DNA of 64,000 nt from an uncultured Verrucomicrobiae bacterium (GTDB lineage: Bacteria; Verrucomicrobiota; Verrucomicrobiia; Chthoniobacterales; UBA10450), in contig CAWFGO010000001.1 of NCBI GenBank assembly GCA_963815455.1, positions 640,001 through 704,000 on the forward strand, in the 5' to 3' direction. Position 1 is the stretch's first letter. Every line of letters starts with the position of its first letter. A program made the translations under genes and the position numbers. The notes under the pieces are model-generated. The model did not search any database. It was not told the DNA's origin and was given only the letters and a program-made list of their open reading frames with translations. Shown piece by piece: positions 22,701 through 31,551 of this stretch.

Positions 22701-24884
22701 TTGAATCTGAATGCAGCCACTCTGAACAACGCAGCCGGTCAGACCGCGACCGATAGCGGGTTTCACGACTTCGGTCTGCAGAGTGGCGGCATCATTAACA
22801 ACGCCGGCATATGGCTCGCCCAAAATGATCTTGGAGTTGATTTCGGTAGCGGCGGAACTTTCAACAATTCGGGCACCTTCACGCGCAACGTTGGCGCGGG
22901 CACTTATCAGGTCGCCTTTCCCTTTAACAACACCGGCACGGTTAATGTCGATACCGGCACGCTGGGTCTCAACGGCGGCGGCACCAGCACCGGAGGCTTC
23001 GTGGCTAACGTCGGCGCGATATTAAGTTTCAATGGCGGCACGCATAATCTGAACGGCGCGATGGTCAGCGGAGCGGGTACGGTGCAGCTCGGCAACAGCA
23101 CTTGGAACCTCAATGCCGGCAGCAGCTACAACGTGACCGGCGCCACCACCGTCAGCGGCTCCGCGAATTTTAATGTGAACGCCAACACTAATCTGCTTAA
23201 TGTCACTGCTGGCAGCCTTGGCACCGGCGCAACTTTCACGATAAGCGGCCTGTTCAACTGGGCCGGCGGAACATTGACTGGCGGCGGAATCTTCGACGCC
23301 AATGGCGGAATCAACATGGCTGGCGGATCGCAACTCAATCTCGCTGGCGCCACTCTGAACAACGCAGCCGGTCAGACCGCGACCGATAGCGGGTTCCACG
23401 ACTTCGGTCTGCAGAGTGGCGGCATCATTAACAACGCCGGCATATGGCTCGCCCAAAATAATCTTGGAATTGATTTCGGTAGCGGCGGAACTTTCAACAA
23501 TTCGGGCACCTTCACGCGCAACGTTGGCGCGGGCACCTACCAGATGGCGTTCCCCTTTGACAATATGGGTTCGGTCAACGTCCAGACCGGCACGCTCGCG
23601 TTCCCTTCCACGACGACTTCATCGGGACCAATCAGTGTTAGCGGCGGCGCGACCCTGAGTCTCGGAGGAACGTTTACCCAAACCGCGGGCGCGATCACTC
23701 TCTCCTCGGGTAATTTGGCGATCGGCGGCAATAGCATGGCGAATCTGATCACCGGCACTTCCGGGATGATCAATGTGACCGCGGCTGGTTCTCTCACGGC
23801 TGCGAATGGATTCGACTTTCGCGGCGTAAACAACCTGGGGACTCCCGGCGGCACACTCACGCTCACCGCACCGTCGGTGACGTTCGGAGCCGCCGCGATA
23901 AATGGTGCGCTCTTCACCGGCGGAGACGCGGCCGGCGGTTCGGGGGTAGCCGGCGGAAATGGCGGCAGCTTCACTGGCACCGCAACGACCGGTGATATCC
24001 TGGTGGGAACCAATATCGATGCTTCGAGCGGCGGCAATGATGCCGTCCCGAACGGCGGAAACGGCGGTACCGTTAGTCTTACCGCCAATCTGGGGACCGT
24101 GACCGTAAACAACCGCATTCAGGTTTCGGATACTGTTGCCGGGCGACAAAGCGCAGCTGGCGGCAACATCAACCTCAGCAGCGGCAAAAATTCCGGCGTA
24201 GCCATTAACGTCGCCAACAGCGCGCAATTATTGGCCTTGCTCGACGGAGCCGCGCCCGGACCGGGCGGTCTGATCGCAATCAACGCCACTTCCGTCACGG
24301 GGAACAGTCAGGTTAATGTGGCCGGAGCAATTCGAGCAGACCGCGGCGGCATTGACATTCGAAATGCCAACGCCGGCGGGCAAATTACTCTCACCAATGC
24401 AATAATGATGGCTGACGTTATCAAAGTGGCCACGCTGGGAGATAACAGTACGCTCAACATCAATGGCGGCTTGATCTCGGCGACGACTTTGTTGCGGCTT
24501 TATGCCGGTTCCATTTCGGGAAGCAACAACAGCACGATCAATTTCACGGGCACTGTCAATCTTACCGGCGCCCAAATCGACATCGCCGCGAATACCGTGA
24601 CGATTGGCGTTGGCTCCACCGTAATGACCAGTTCGCAGGCCCACGTCTATGCGACGGTTCGTAACTATGATCTGGGATCGGGCGGAAATGGGACTGGAGG
24701 AATGTTTGGCGGAGCAGGAGCGATCTCGTTCCCGCTTTTGATGGCGCCGCCGCTTGGGCCGCCCGGCGGAACCGGGGCTGGAACGCGTCCAACCGCGTTG
24801 CCGAATCATCGGTCCCATATCCGCGCGCTCGAAAGAACGATCGACAAACAAAATTCTCAACAAAATCGACAACTACGACCATGA
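19757..24884 (+). CDS. Giant secreted protein (~1700 aa reconstructed): FecR-like domain, autotransporter-passenger-like beta-helix, conserved C-terminal domain; frameshift at G9 tract 20225-20233
   Basis: VRTGTESRTELTFTDQTLTRLGANT; W.G..G.WS...NW and FNN.GTF repeats; removing one G joins ORFs 19757-20335 and 20208-24884. Confidence 0.82.
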
Positions 24885-25675
24885 ACAAACTACTACGCGC
24901 TCCTATTCGTCTCATCGGAATCCTCTTCATCGCCACGATCGGGGTCGGCCTCACCCACCTGGCTATTGCCGCTCCGAAAAAAGAGGCGCGCGTCACCGAA
25001 GTTGTTCGCGACGTGAACTTGCTTACTTCCCGTGCCGCGCCGCGCCCAGCCGCGGTAAACGACAGCGTCCAGGAAGGAACAGCGGTGCGCACCGGCAGCG
25101 ATTCCCGCGCCGAGATCACTTTCACCGATCAAACTCTCACCCGGCTCGGCGCCAATACCGTTTTCAGTTTCGGCCGGGCCACAAAGACCTACGACTTGGG
25201 CAGCGGCGCTATCTTAATGTATGCGCCCCAAAAAGCCGGCGAAGTAAAAATTCATACCTCTGTCGCAACCGCCGCCATCGCTGGCTTCACCGCCATGTTC
25301 GAGCATCATCCCAAAGGCTGGAGCAAACTCATTCTCCTCCACGGCAAGGGCAGAGTTTCGTTCAAAGGAGTTCCCGGCGACCCTTGCCGGCTCCACGACG
25401 CCCAAATGATTGTCTGGCCTGCTCATCCGACAACATGTCCACAAGTGCACGATATCGATCTCTCCAAATTACTCCGCGGCAAACTGGTCAAGGGGTTCAA
25501 AAGAAAGTTGCCGGAACTCGATATCATTTTGGCTGAAATAAAAAAACAGGAAGCCGAGCCGCCGACCGGCGGACTAATTGATCCCACATCCCTAGACACG
25601 CTCGATCAGCGCTCCGCCACCGAGCCGTTGCCTACGCCCCCGCCGCATCATTCACCGCCGGGCAAGGGCCTTTAA
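24881..25675 (+). CDS. Secreted FecR-like domain protein (short, no passenger)
   Basis: Signal peptide; EARVTEVVRDV...VRTGSDSRAEITFTDQTLTRLGANT; Pro-rich tail. Confidence 0.85.
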   Translation: MNKLLRAPIRLIGILFIATIGVGLTHLAIAAPKKEARVTEVVRDVNLLTSRAAPRPAAVNDSVQEGTAVRTGSDSRAEITFTDQTLTRLGANTVFSFGRATKTYDLGSGAILMYAPQKAGEVKIHTSVATAAIAGFTAMFEHHPKGWSKLILLHGKGRVSFKGVPGDPCRLHDAQMIVWPAHPTTCPQVHDIDLSKLLRGKLVKGFKRKLPELDIILAEIKKQEAEPPTGGLIDPTSLDTLDQRSATEPLPTPPPHHSPPGKGL

Positions 25676-25699
25676 AACGTTGCGAGAATTGAATGCCGT

Positions 25700-26611
25700 T
25701 CACCGCCGCTTCTCGTCATTGAGATAGCCCGCGCCGAGCGCTGCTCCCACCAGGACCAGCGATGCAACCGTAGCCAGCGGCACCGGATCGAATGGCGCCG
25801 GCGGAAGATCGACAATTCCATTTTCATCGGTCCGCGCAGGTCTTCGCACGTAACGGCCGTGTCTGGGCGATCGAAATTTTGCAGCGAACGCCTCCATCCG
25901 GTTGGGCAAATCAGTATCGGAAATTGGAATCCCGTGACCGCAACCAGCCACGTTCGGCCGCAACGCGGCCAATTGCTGGATCGATGAGCGAGTCGCCGCC
26001 CAGTCGGCTGTAAAAGGTGCCAGCGATCGCGATAATTGTTGCCTGCCCGTGAGTAGTCCACTCCAGGAATCCATGTTCATCGTGGCAAATGCATCGCCGG
26101 CAAGCAGCACCCGGTCCGAGGGCCGAAAAAAAGAGACATGACCAGGCGAATGTCCGGGAGTTGCCAACCATTGCCAGCCGGTTAGGCCGGGAACCTTGCC
26201 GGATGGCAACGGGTGAATTCGCTTCCCCAAATTGTGCGAATGCGATGGAAAGAAACGCGAGAGAAAACCAATCGCACCGCCAACGGTCGGATCTGCCGGA
26301 GGATAGGGCGATTTGCCGGTGAGATATGGCAGCTCGAGATGATGGGCACAAACGGCCACGTCCCATTGTTCGGCCAGGGCCAGGGCGGAACCGGCATGGT
26401 CGGCGTGCCCATGCGTCAACAGAATCGCCTCCGGCCGCGAATCTTCGCCGAAGCGCGCGTTGGCCGCTTCCATAATGTCGCGTCCTCGACCCGGCAGCCC
26501 GGCATCGACCAGCACCCATTTTCCACCGGGGCGCCCGATAAAATAGACGTTGGCAAAGCTTATCGGCAGCCAGCCCACATCGGGAGCAATTCGCGTAATC
26601 GTTCTTGTCAT
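25700..26611 (-). CDS. Metallo-beta-lactamase-fold hydrolase
   Basis: LTHGHADHAG, TPGHSPGH, AGDA and GHG motifs. Confidence 0.88.
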   Translation of the reverse strand: MTRTITRIAPDVGWLPISFANVYFIGRPGGKWVLVDAGLPGRGRDIMEAANARFGEDSRPEAILLTHGHADHAGSALALAEQWDVAVCAHHLELPYLTGKSPYPPADPTVGGAIGFLSRFFPSHSHNLGKRIHPLPSGKVPGLTGWQWLATPGHSPGHVSFFRPSDRVLLAGDAFATMNMDSWSGLLTGRQQLSRSLAPFTADWAATRSSIQQLAALRPNVAGCGHGIPISDTDLPNRMEAFAAKFRSPRHGRYVRRPARTDENGIVDLPPAPFDPVPLATVASLVLVGAALGAGYLNDEKRR

Positions 26612-26733
26612 TTCAGGTGCATTTTCGATTGTCGATGTTCGGACGATCTCGCCTACCATCGCTGAACCAGCCGCGCCGAGTCGCTAATATACGAACTAAC
26701 CAGGGCCGGTCACAAATTCTATCTCACTCGCCA

Positions 26734-27945
26734 ATGCCCCAGGCCGTTCCAACACCCGGTGCCCAACGCCTCGATCTTCTCGATGCTCTGCGCGGTTTCG
26801 CTCTGGCCGGCGTGTTACTCGTGAATTTACGGGACCTGTCGCTGTTTGGTTTCCTTAGTGAAGAAGCTCGGATAGCGCTGGCTACCTCTCGATGGGACCA
26901 CTTCTTGGAGATCGGGATCGCGGCATTGGTGGAAAAAAAGGCGATCACAATTTTTACGTTATTGTTTGGGATCGGCTTCGCCATGCAGGCGCAACGGGCT
27001 GCCGAGTCCGGAGAAGGACTGCACCGGTACGTGCGGAGGCTGCTGATTCTGCTGGCGATCGGGATTGGGCACAGCGTTTTTTGGTATGGTGATATCCTGC
27101 GCTTTTATGCGGTGATGGGCCTTGTCCTTGTGCCCATGGCACGATTGCGCACCCGAGCGCTGGTTTGGCTAGGATTGGCGATCTCACTATTTTCCTGGCC
27201 GCTCTTGCGACCATTAGGTGATTCGCTGGGACAAGGTGCCGCTCGGCCAAACGAGATCCTCGCATCGACCTTTGCGGCCTTCAGTGACTCGAGCATGTTA
27301 GGCATGCTGAAAGCGAATCTGTCGTATGATTTGTGGTCGAGAGTCAACCAGTGGAACCTGCCATTCGCGCTCCTTGGCCGATTCCTCATCGGAGCGGCTT
27401 TCGGTCGAAGCGATGTCGTGCGCGGCGCTCAAACACACCCCCGTTTTTGGGCGCGCCTGCTGGTTCTTTCCCTGCCTCTCGGCGCTGCGCTCACCACTTT
27501 TGGCACGCTGCACGATTATGGCGCTTTGAGATCACGCGACTGGTGGAACACAGAACTTTTAATCCGGCCAGTACAGGGCGCCGCTTCGTTGTCCTTGGGG
27601 CTGGCTTACATGGCGGCCTTCGTGCTCCTGTTCCAACGGCCAGCCTGGCATCGCTGGTTGAATTTGCTGTCGCCGGTTGGCCGAATGGCCCTGACCAATT
27701 ACTTGCTGCAAACTTTAATAGGCCTCGCTCTGTTTTACGGGATCGGGCTCGGTCTCGGCCCGCGTTTCGGTCTCGCCGGCGTGTCCTTTCTTTTTTTCCC
27801 AATAATTTTCTGCGCCCAAATTGCGTTCAGTCACTGGTGGCTCTCTCGCTTCAACTTCGGACCAATCGAGTGGATCTGGCGCTGCCTCACTTATGGTTGC
27901 CGGTTACCGATGCGCCAGCGGCGGACGATACCGTTCACGGAATAG
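26734..27945 (+). CDS. DUF418/YeiB-like membrane protein
   Basis: RLDLLDALRGFALAGVLLVN, GDILRFYA, GRMALTNYLLQT, GPIEWIWRCLTY. Confidence 0.88.
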   Translation: MPQAVPTPGAQRLDLLDALRGFALAGVLLVNLRDLSLFGFLSEEARIALATSRWDHFLEIGIAALVEKKAITIFTLLFGIGFAMQAQRAAESGEGLHRYVRRLLILLAIGIGHSVFWYGDILRFYAVMGLVLVPMARLRTRALVWLGLAISLFSWPLLRPLGDSLGQGAARPNEILASTFAAFSDSSMLGMLKANLSYDLWSRVNQWNLPFALLGRFLIGAAFGRSDVVRGAQTHPRFWARLLVLSLPLGAALTTFGTLHDYGALRSRDWWNTELLIRPVQGAASLSLGLAYMAAFVLLFQRPAWHRWLNLLSPVGRMALTNYLLQTLIGLALFYGIGLGLGPRFGLAGVSFLFFPIIFCAQIAFSHWWLSRFNFGPIEWIWRCLTYGCRLPMRQRRTIPFTE

Positions 27946-28621
27946 TCAAAGTCAGCCCGATCTTCAATTTCTGTGGATCGTCGATGCTTTTCTTGTTTGC
28001 ATCGAGAATCTCTTTCCAGCGGGCTGGCGTCTTGTAGAATTTCCGCGAGATCGATACCAGGGTGTCCCCCGAGCGGACCGCGTAGGTTCGGCCCCCTGCC
28101 TTTCTCGGCGCACTTTTGGACGACTCGCGGGCCTGCGGTTTGTCCGGAACGCTTCGCGTGCCGGCCGAGCGCTCCTCAATTTCTTTGCGCAGACTAAGGT
28201 TTTCATTTCGGAGCCGGGCCGCCTCCGCCCGCGTCACCACTGAATCACCCGACAAACTGGTTACCAGGGCGATTTCGTCATGCTTCATGAAATTCCGCAC
28301 GTCGTTCGCGTGAGCGCCATTCGGACTGAGGATAAGATAGCGCTTGAAATGATGGAGCGCGTTCAACGGATCTTTCATCTTGTCGTCATAGACCAGGCCG
28401 AGTTTGTAATGGACCTCGGCGCAATGCGGGCTGTCGTCCAGCGCCGCCTCATACAGATTGATTGCCCGCAAAAAATCGCCCTGCGCGGCCTTCGCATCGG
28501 CGTCCTTAACAAGTTGGGCATGGCGCGATGTCATCATTCGATCGCACGCTGCCAGAGTAAATGCGGCCAATAAGCACAGAAGTGCGCACTTCAGGATCGA
28601 CAACTTGCCAGGACCTTTCAT
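27935..28621 (-). CDS. Lipoprotein with TPR and C-terminal LysM domain
   Basis: Lipobox LAAC; TPR-like helices; YAVRSGDTLVSISRKFY...I.DAN...LKIG..LTIP. Confidence 0.85.
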   Translation of the reverse strand: MKGPGKLSILKCALLCLLAAFTLAACDRMMTSRHAQLVKDADAKAAQGDFLRAINLYEAALDDSPHCAEVHYKLGLVYDDKMKDPLNALHHFKRYLILSPNGAHANDVRNFMKHDEIALVTSLSGDSVVTRAEAARLRNENLSLRKEIEERSAGTRSVPDKPQARESSKSAPRKAGGRTYAVRSGDTLVSISRKFYKTPARWKEILDANKKSIDDPQKLKIGLTLTIP

Positions 28622-28642
28622 CTCGCCAACGTCCTTACTCGT

Positions 28643-29195
28643 GATGCGGCGCGCGCTTCCATTTGTTTTCTCAGCGACAATTCTTCTTTCATCGATCCAA
28701 ACGTTAAAGGCAGATCTTTCGATCGGCCAGACCTACCCGCTCAAGTTTGCCGACGTGGAAGGCAACACCCTGCTTACCGCCGATGGACACGTCACCATCG
28801 TCGTTTTGATCACGCCTTCAAATCTGTCGAAGCCGCAGGTCGTTGGCGATCGCGTTCCCGATCGCTGCCTCGGCAATCCGATCTACAGGATGATAACAGT
28901 GGTCAGGTTTGCCAAACATAGCCGGCCCGTGCGCGCCTTGCTGGCCGCCGGAGCGCGCCACCGTCTCAACGTCGAGGCAAAACGCGTTCAACCCCGATAT
29001 GACGCCAGAAAAATCGCGCGTAATCCCAGGAGCGACATTTTCGCCGTAGCCGACTTCGACGGAAGCGCCGTCGCACAGCTCGGCATCGAAGCAGGCACCG
29101 TATTTCGCCTTTTCGTCTTCGGACGAGCCGGCGAGCTAATGGCTCAATGGAACGATGTCCCGAGTACCGAAGAGCTGGCCGCAGTCCTAAAATAA
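28643..29195 (+). CDS. Secreted hypothetical protein (possible thioredoxin-like fold)
   Basis: Signal peptide MRRALPFVFSATILL; F.DVEG start and ADFDG.AV..LG...F.LFVFG pattern. Confidence 0.55.
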
Positions 29196-30320
29196 CTAAT
29201 ACTTCGGCACGCTCGGATCGATCTCGTCCGACCACGCGTCGATCCCGCCTTCGAGATTGTAAACATTGGCAAGACCGCGCTCTCGCAGCAATCTCACCGC
29301 ATCCGCGCTTCGCCGGCCACTATGACAATGCACAATGATTGGTTTCTGATTCTGCAATTCACCTGTGCGATCGGCGATTTCCCTCAGCGGAATTAGCTTC
29401 GCACCGTCGATCCGGGCAATCTCGTATTCGAAAATCTCCCGCACGTCGATCAACTCAAACGGCTCGCCCGCGTCCATCTTTCGTTTCAGTTCGCGCACGG
29501 AGATCGCCGGAATCGTGTCGCCAGCCTCCGCACCGCAAAACATTTCGTAATCGATCGGCTCAAAAATAGACGGATGCTCTCCGCAAACCGGGCATTGCGG
29601 ATCGCGCCGCAAGTTCAGTTCGCGAAACTTCATTTTCCACGCATCGAAATGCAACAGGCGTCCCACCAGGGATTCGCCGGCGCCCAGGATCAGCTTGATC
29701 GCTTCAATCGCCTGGATCGTCCCGATGATTCCGGGCAGTACGCCCAGGACTCCCGCTTCCGCACAGTTCGGGATCGTTCCCGGTTCCGGCGGTTCCGGAA
29801 ACAGACACCGATAGCATGGCCCGCCCAAATGCGGCGCGAAAACCGTGGCCTGACCTTCAAATCGAAAAACGGAGCCGTAAACGTTCGGCTTACGCGCCCA
29901 GACACAAACATCACTCGATAAATAACGGGTCGGAAAATTATCGGACCCGTCCACGATCACGTCATAGCGTTGGACCAGCCCGGCGGCATTCTCGCTGGAG
30001 AAACGGACCTCGTGCAGTTCGATGTCGATCTTCGGATTCAGGTCGTGCAGTCGATCCCGGGCGGATTCCAATTTGCTGCGGCCAACGTCCTTCGTTCCGT
30101 GAAGAATTTGCCGCTGCAAATTGGAAAGATCGACATCGTCGAAATCGACCAGGCCAAGAGTGCCCACGCCCGCCGCCGCCAGATAAAGCGCGGCCGGCGA
30201 GCCAAGCCCGCCCGCGCCAATGCAAAGGATCCGAGCATCCTTGAGTCGTTTTTGTCCCTCCGCGCCCACTTCCGGCATGATGAGATGGCGCGAGTATCGA
30301 ACGCGTTCGTCGTCGATCAT
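29196..30320 (-). CDS. moeB: Molybdopterin-synthase adenylyltransferase MoeB with rhodanese domain
   Basis: RYSRH, GAGGLG, SNLQRQ, CYRC, CPVC, rhodanese HCHSGRRS and GGIDAW. Confidence 0.92.
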   Translation of the reverse strand: MIDDERVRYSRHLIMPEVGAEGQKRLKDARILCIGAGGLGSPAALYLAAAGVGTLGLVDFDDVDLSNLQRQILHGTKDVGRSKLESARDRLHDLNPKIDIELHEVRFSSENAAGLVQRYDVIVDGSDNFPTRYLSSDVCVWARKPNVYGSVFRFEGQATVFAPHLGGPCYRCLFPEPPEPGTIPNCAEAGVLGVLPGIIGTIQAIEAIKLILGAGESLVGRLLHFDAWKMKFRELNLRRDPQCPVCGEHPSIFEPIDYEMFCGAEAGDTIPAISVRELKRKMDAGEPFELIDVREIFEYEIARIDGAKLIPLREIADRTGELQNQKPIIVHCHSGRRSADAVRLLRERGLANVYNLEGGIDAWSDEIDPSVPKY

Positions 30321-30601
30321 TGTGTGCGGTCCCACTTGATCCCCACGATCCGCTGATTCTCGAATCGCTTCAACGATTTTGGAAAAATGAGATAACGCGC
30401 GCCTTTGCTTTCCTTGAAACCAATTATCCCAAACTCACTTCCGGCATTGCTTTTCTGGACGGTCATCACCCGATTGTTTTTGATCTCCGATTGGAGATGT
30501 CGATCCTGCGCCGGCTTTTGCCAAAGCGTGTAGACTTCCGGCTTCCCGCATTTTTCCACCACTTGGGCAAAACGCGCCGTTTTCACATTAAGTAATTTCA
30601 C
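30317..30601 (-). CDS. Hypothetical protein coupled to moeB
   Basis: Stop overlaps the moeB ATG (ATGA); probable GTG start at 30601. Confidence 0.55.
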   Translation of the reverse strand: MKLLNVKTARFAQVVEKCGKPEVYTLWQKPAQDRHLQSEIKNNRVMTVQKSNAGSEFGIIGFKESKGARYLIFPKSLKRFENQRIVGIKWDRTQ

Positions 30602-30767
30602 CGCCGGTTTCCGTGTTAGAGAGAAGGTCCGCCAGGGAGCCACGGCAAGGAGGATCAGACTACCGTTGCTGCATTCCTGCCCTGGCGGGGTTCGTAAGTC
30701 CTCAATCCATAGCCCCTGACGGAAAAGAAGAGTGCGCGCAGGATCGACCTCGCGCAAATCCTCAGAT

Positions 30768-30907
30768 TGTCATCCCGAGCGGAGCGAGGGACCTCACACA
30801 CGAACCGAAGAGGATCTAACAACACTGAACCGTAACCGCTTGGTTGATCGCGAGCGTTGCCATTAATCGCGGGATCCTTCGGTCGCCGTGGCGACCTCAG
30901 GATGACA
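30768..30907. repeat. MITE-like element with TGTCATCCYGAG inverted ends
   Basis: TGTCATCCCGAG ... CTCAGGATGACA; related copy at 57818-57911. Confidence 0.7.
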
Positions 30908-30984
30908 GAGCTTTTTATGAGACGATTTCCCATTATTTTTGATCCGCGTTGACACCCTGCCGCGCTTCTGGTTGCATCGGCGCT

Positions 30985-31191
30985 GTGAAATGGCTGGCGC
31001 TTCTTTTACTGGTGGCTCTGGAATGTTCCTGCACAACCCTGGCGAATCGGCGCGACCTTTACAGCCCGGAACCGGCGCCAGATTCTAGAGAAATGGCGAA
31101 ACGCATGTCCGCCACCTCGACCACGACCACAACGTCAACCACGACCACGGCGCCTCCGAGCGAGGTTAACCCGCCGGAATTTCGGTATTAG
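30985..31191 (+). CDS. Small putative lipoprotein with Thr-rich tail
   Basis: (M)KWLALLLLVALECSC lipobox-like sequence. Confidence 0.55.
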   Translation: MKWLALLLLVALECSCTTLANRRDLYSPEPAPDSREMAKRMSATSTTTTTSTTTTAPPSEVNPPEFRY

Positions 31192-31219
31192 CTCGACAGT
31201 CAGAGACCGCCGCTACAGC

Positions 31220-31429
31220 CTATCCGAACGGCAGGTTCGCCTTCACCCGCGCCTCGTCGGTCTTGTGCACCAAGGCCGACTTGCTGAGATGCCGCTTACG
31301 CTTCGCGTTCTTGGACGACATTAAATGCCGGCGGGATGCTTGTGCCCGCAAAACCCTGCCGCGGCCGGTAATCTTGAACCGTTTTGCGACGGCTTTTTTC
31401 GTCTTGCTCCGAGAGATCGGTTTCGGCAT
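31220..31429 (-). CDS. rpmI: 50S ribosomal protein L35
   Basis: MPK...KTKKAVAKRFKITGRG...RRHLMSSKNAKRKRHL. Confidence 0.93.
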   Translation of the reverse strand: MPKPISRSKTKKAVAKRFKITGRGRVLRAQASRRHLMSSKNAKRKRHLSKSALVHKTDEARVKANLPFG

Positions 31430-31497
31430 AGGGCGCGAAAGATAGAGGAAATCGCCGCACCGGCAACTGGTTTCCATTGAGCGTTGGACGTTGGGCG

Positions 31498-31527
31498 CCT
31501 GCCACGCCGTAGCCTTGCGAAGGCGGG
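31498..31527. repeat. 30-bp element inserted in a heptamer array
   Basis: Reverse complement CCCGCCTTCGCAAGGCTACGGCGTGGCAGG; homologs at 8094-8123 and 60488-60517. Confidence 0.8.
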
Positions 31528-31551
31528 TTGAGCGTTGGACGTTGTCTATGA

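Noticed and set aside
22716..23536. Near-identical repeat pair as DGR template/variable repeats
   Set aside because: No reverse transcriptase in the window, both copies are coding and in frame, and the mismatches are not all adenine-specific
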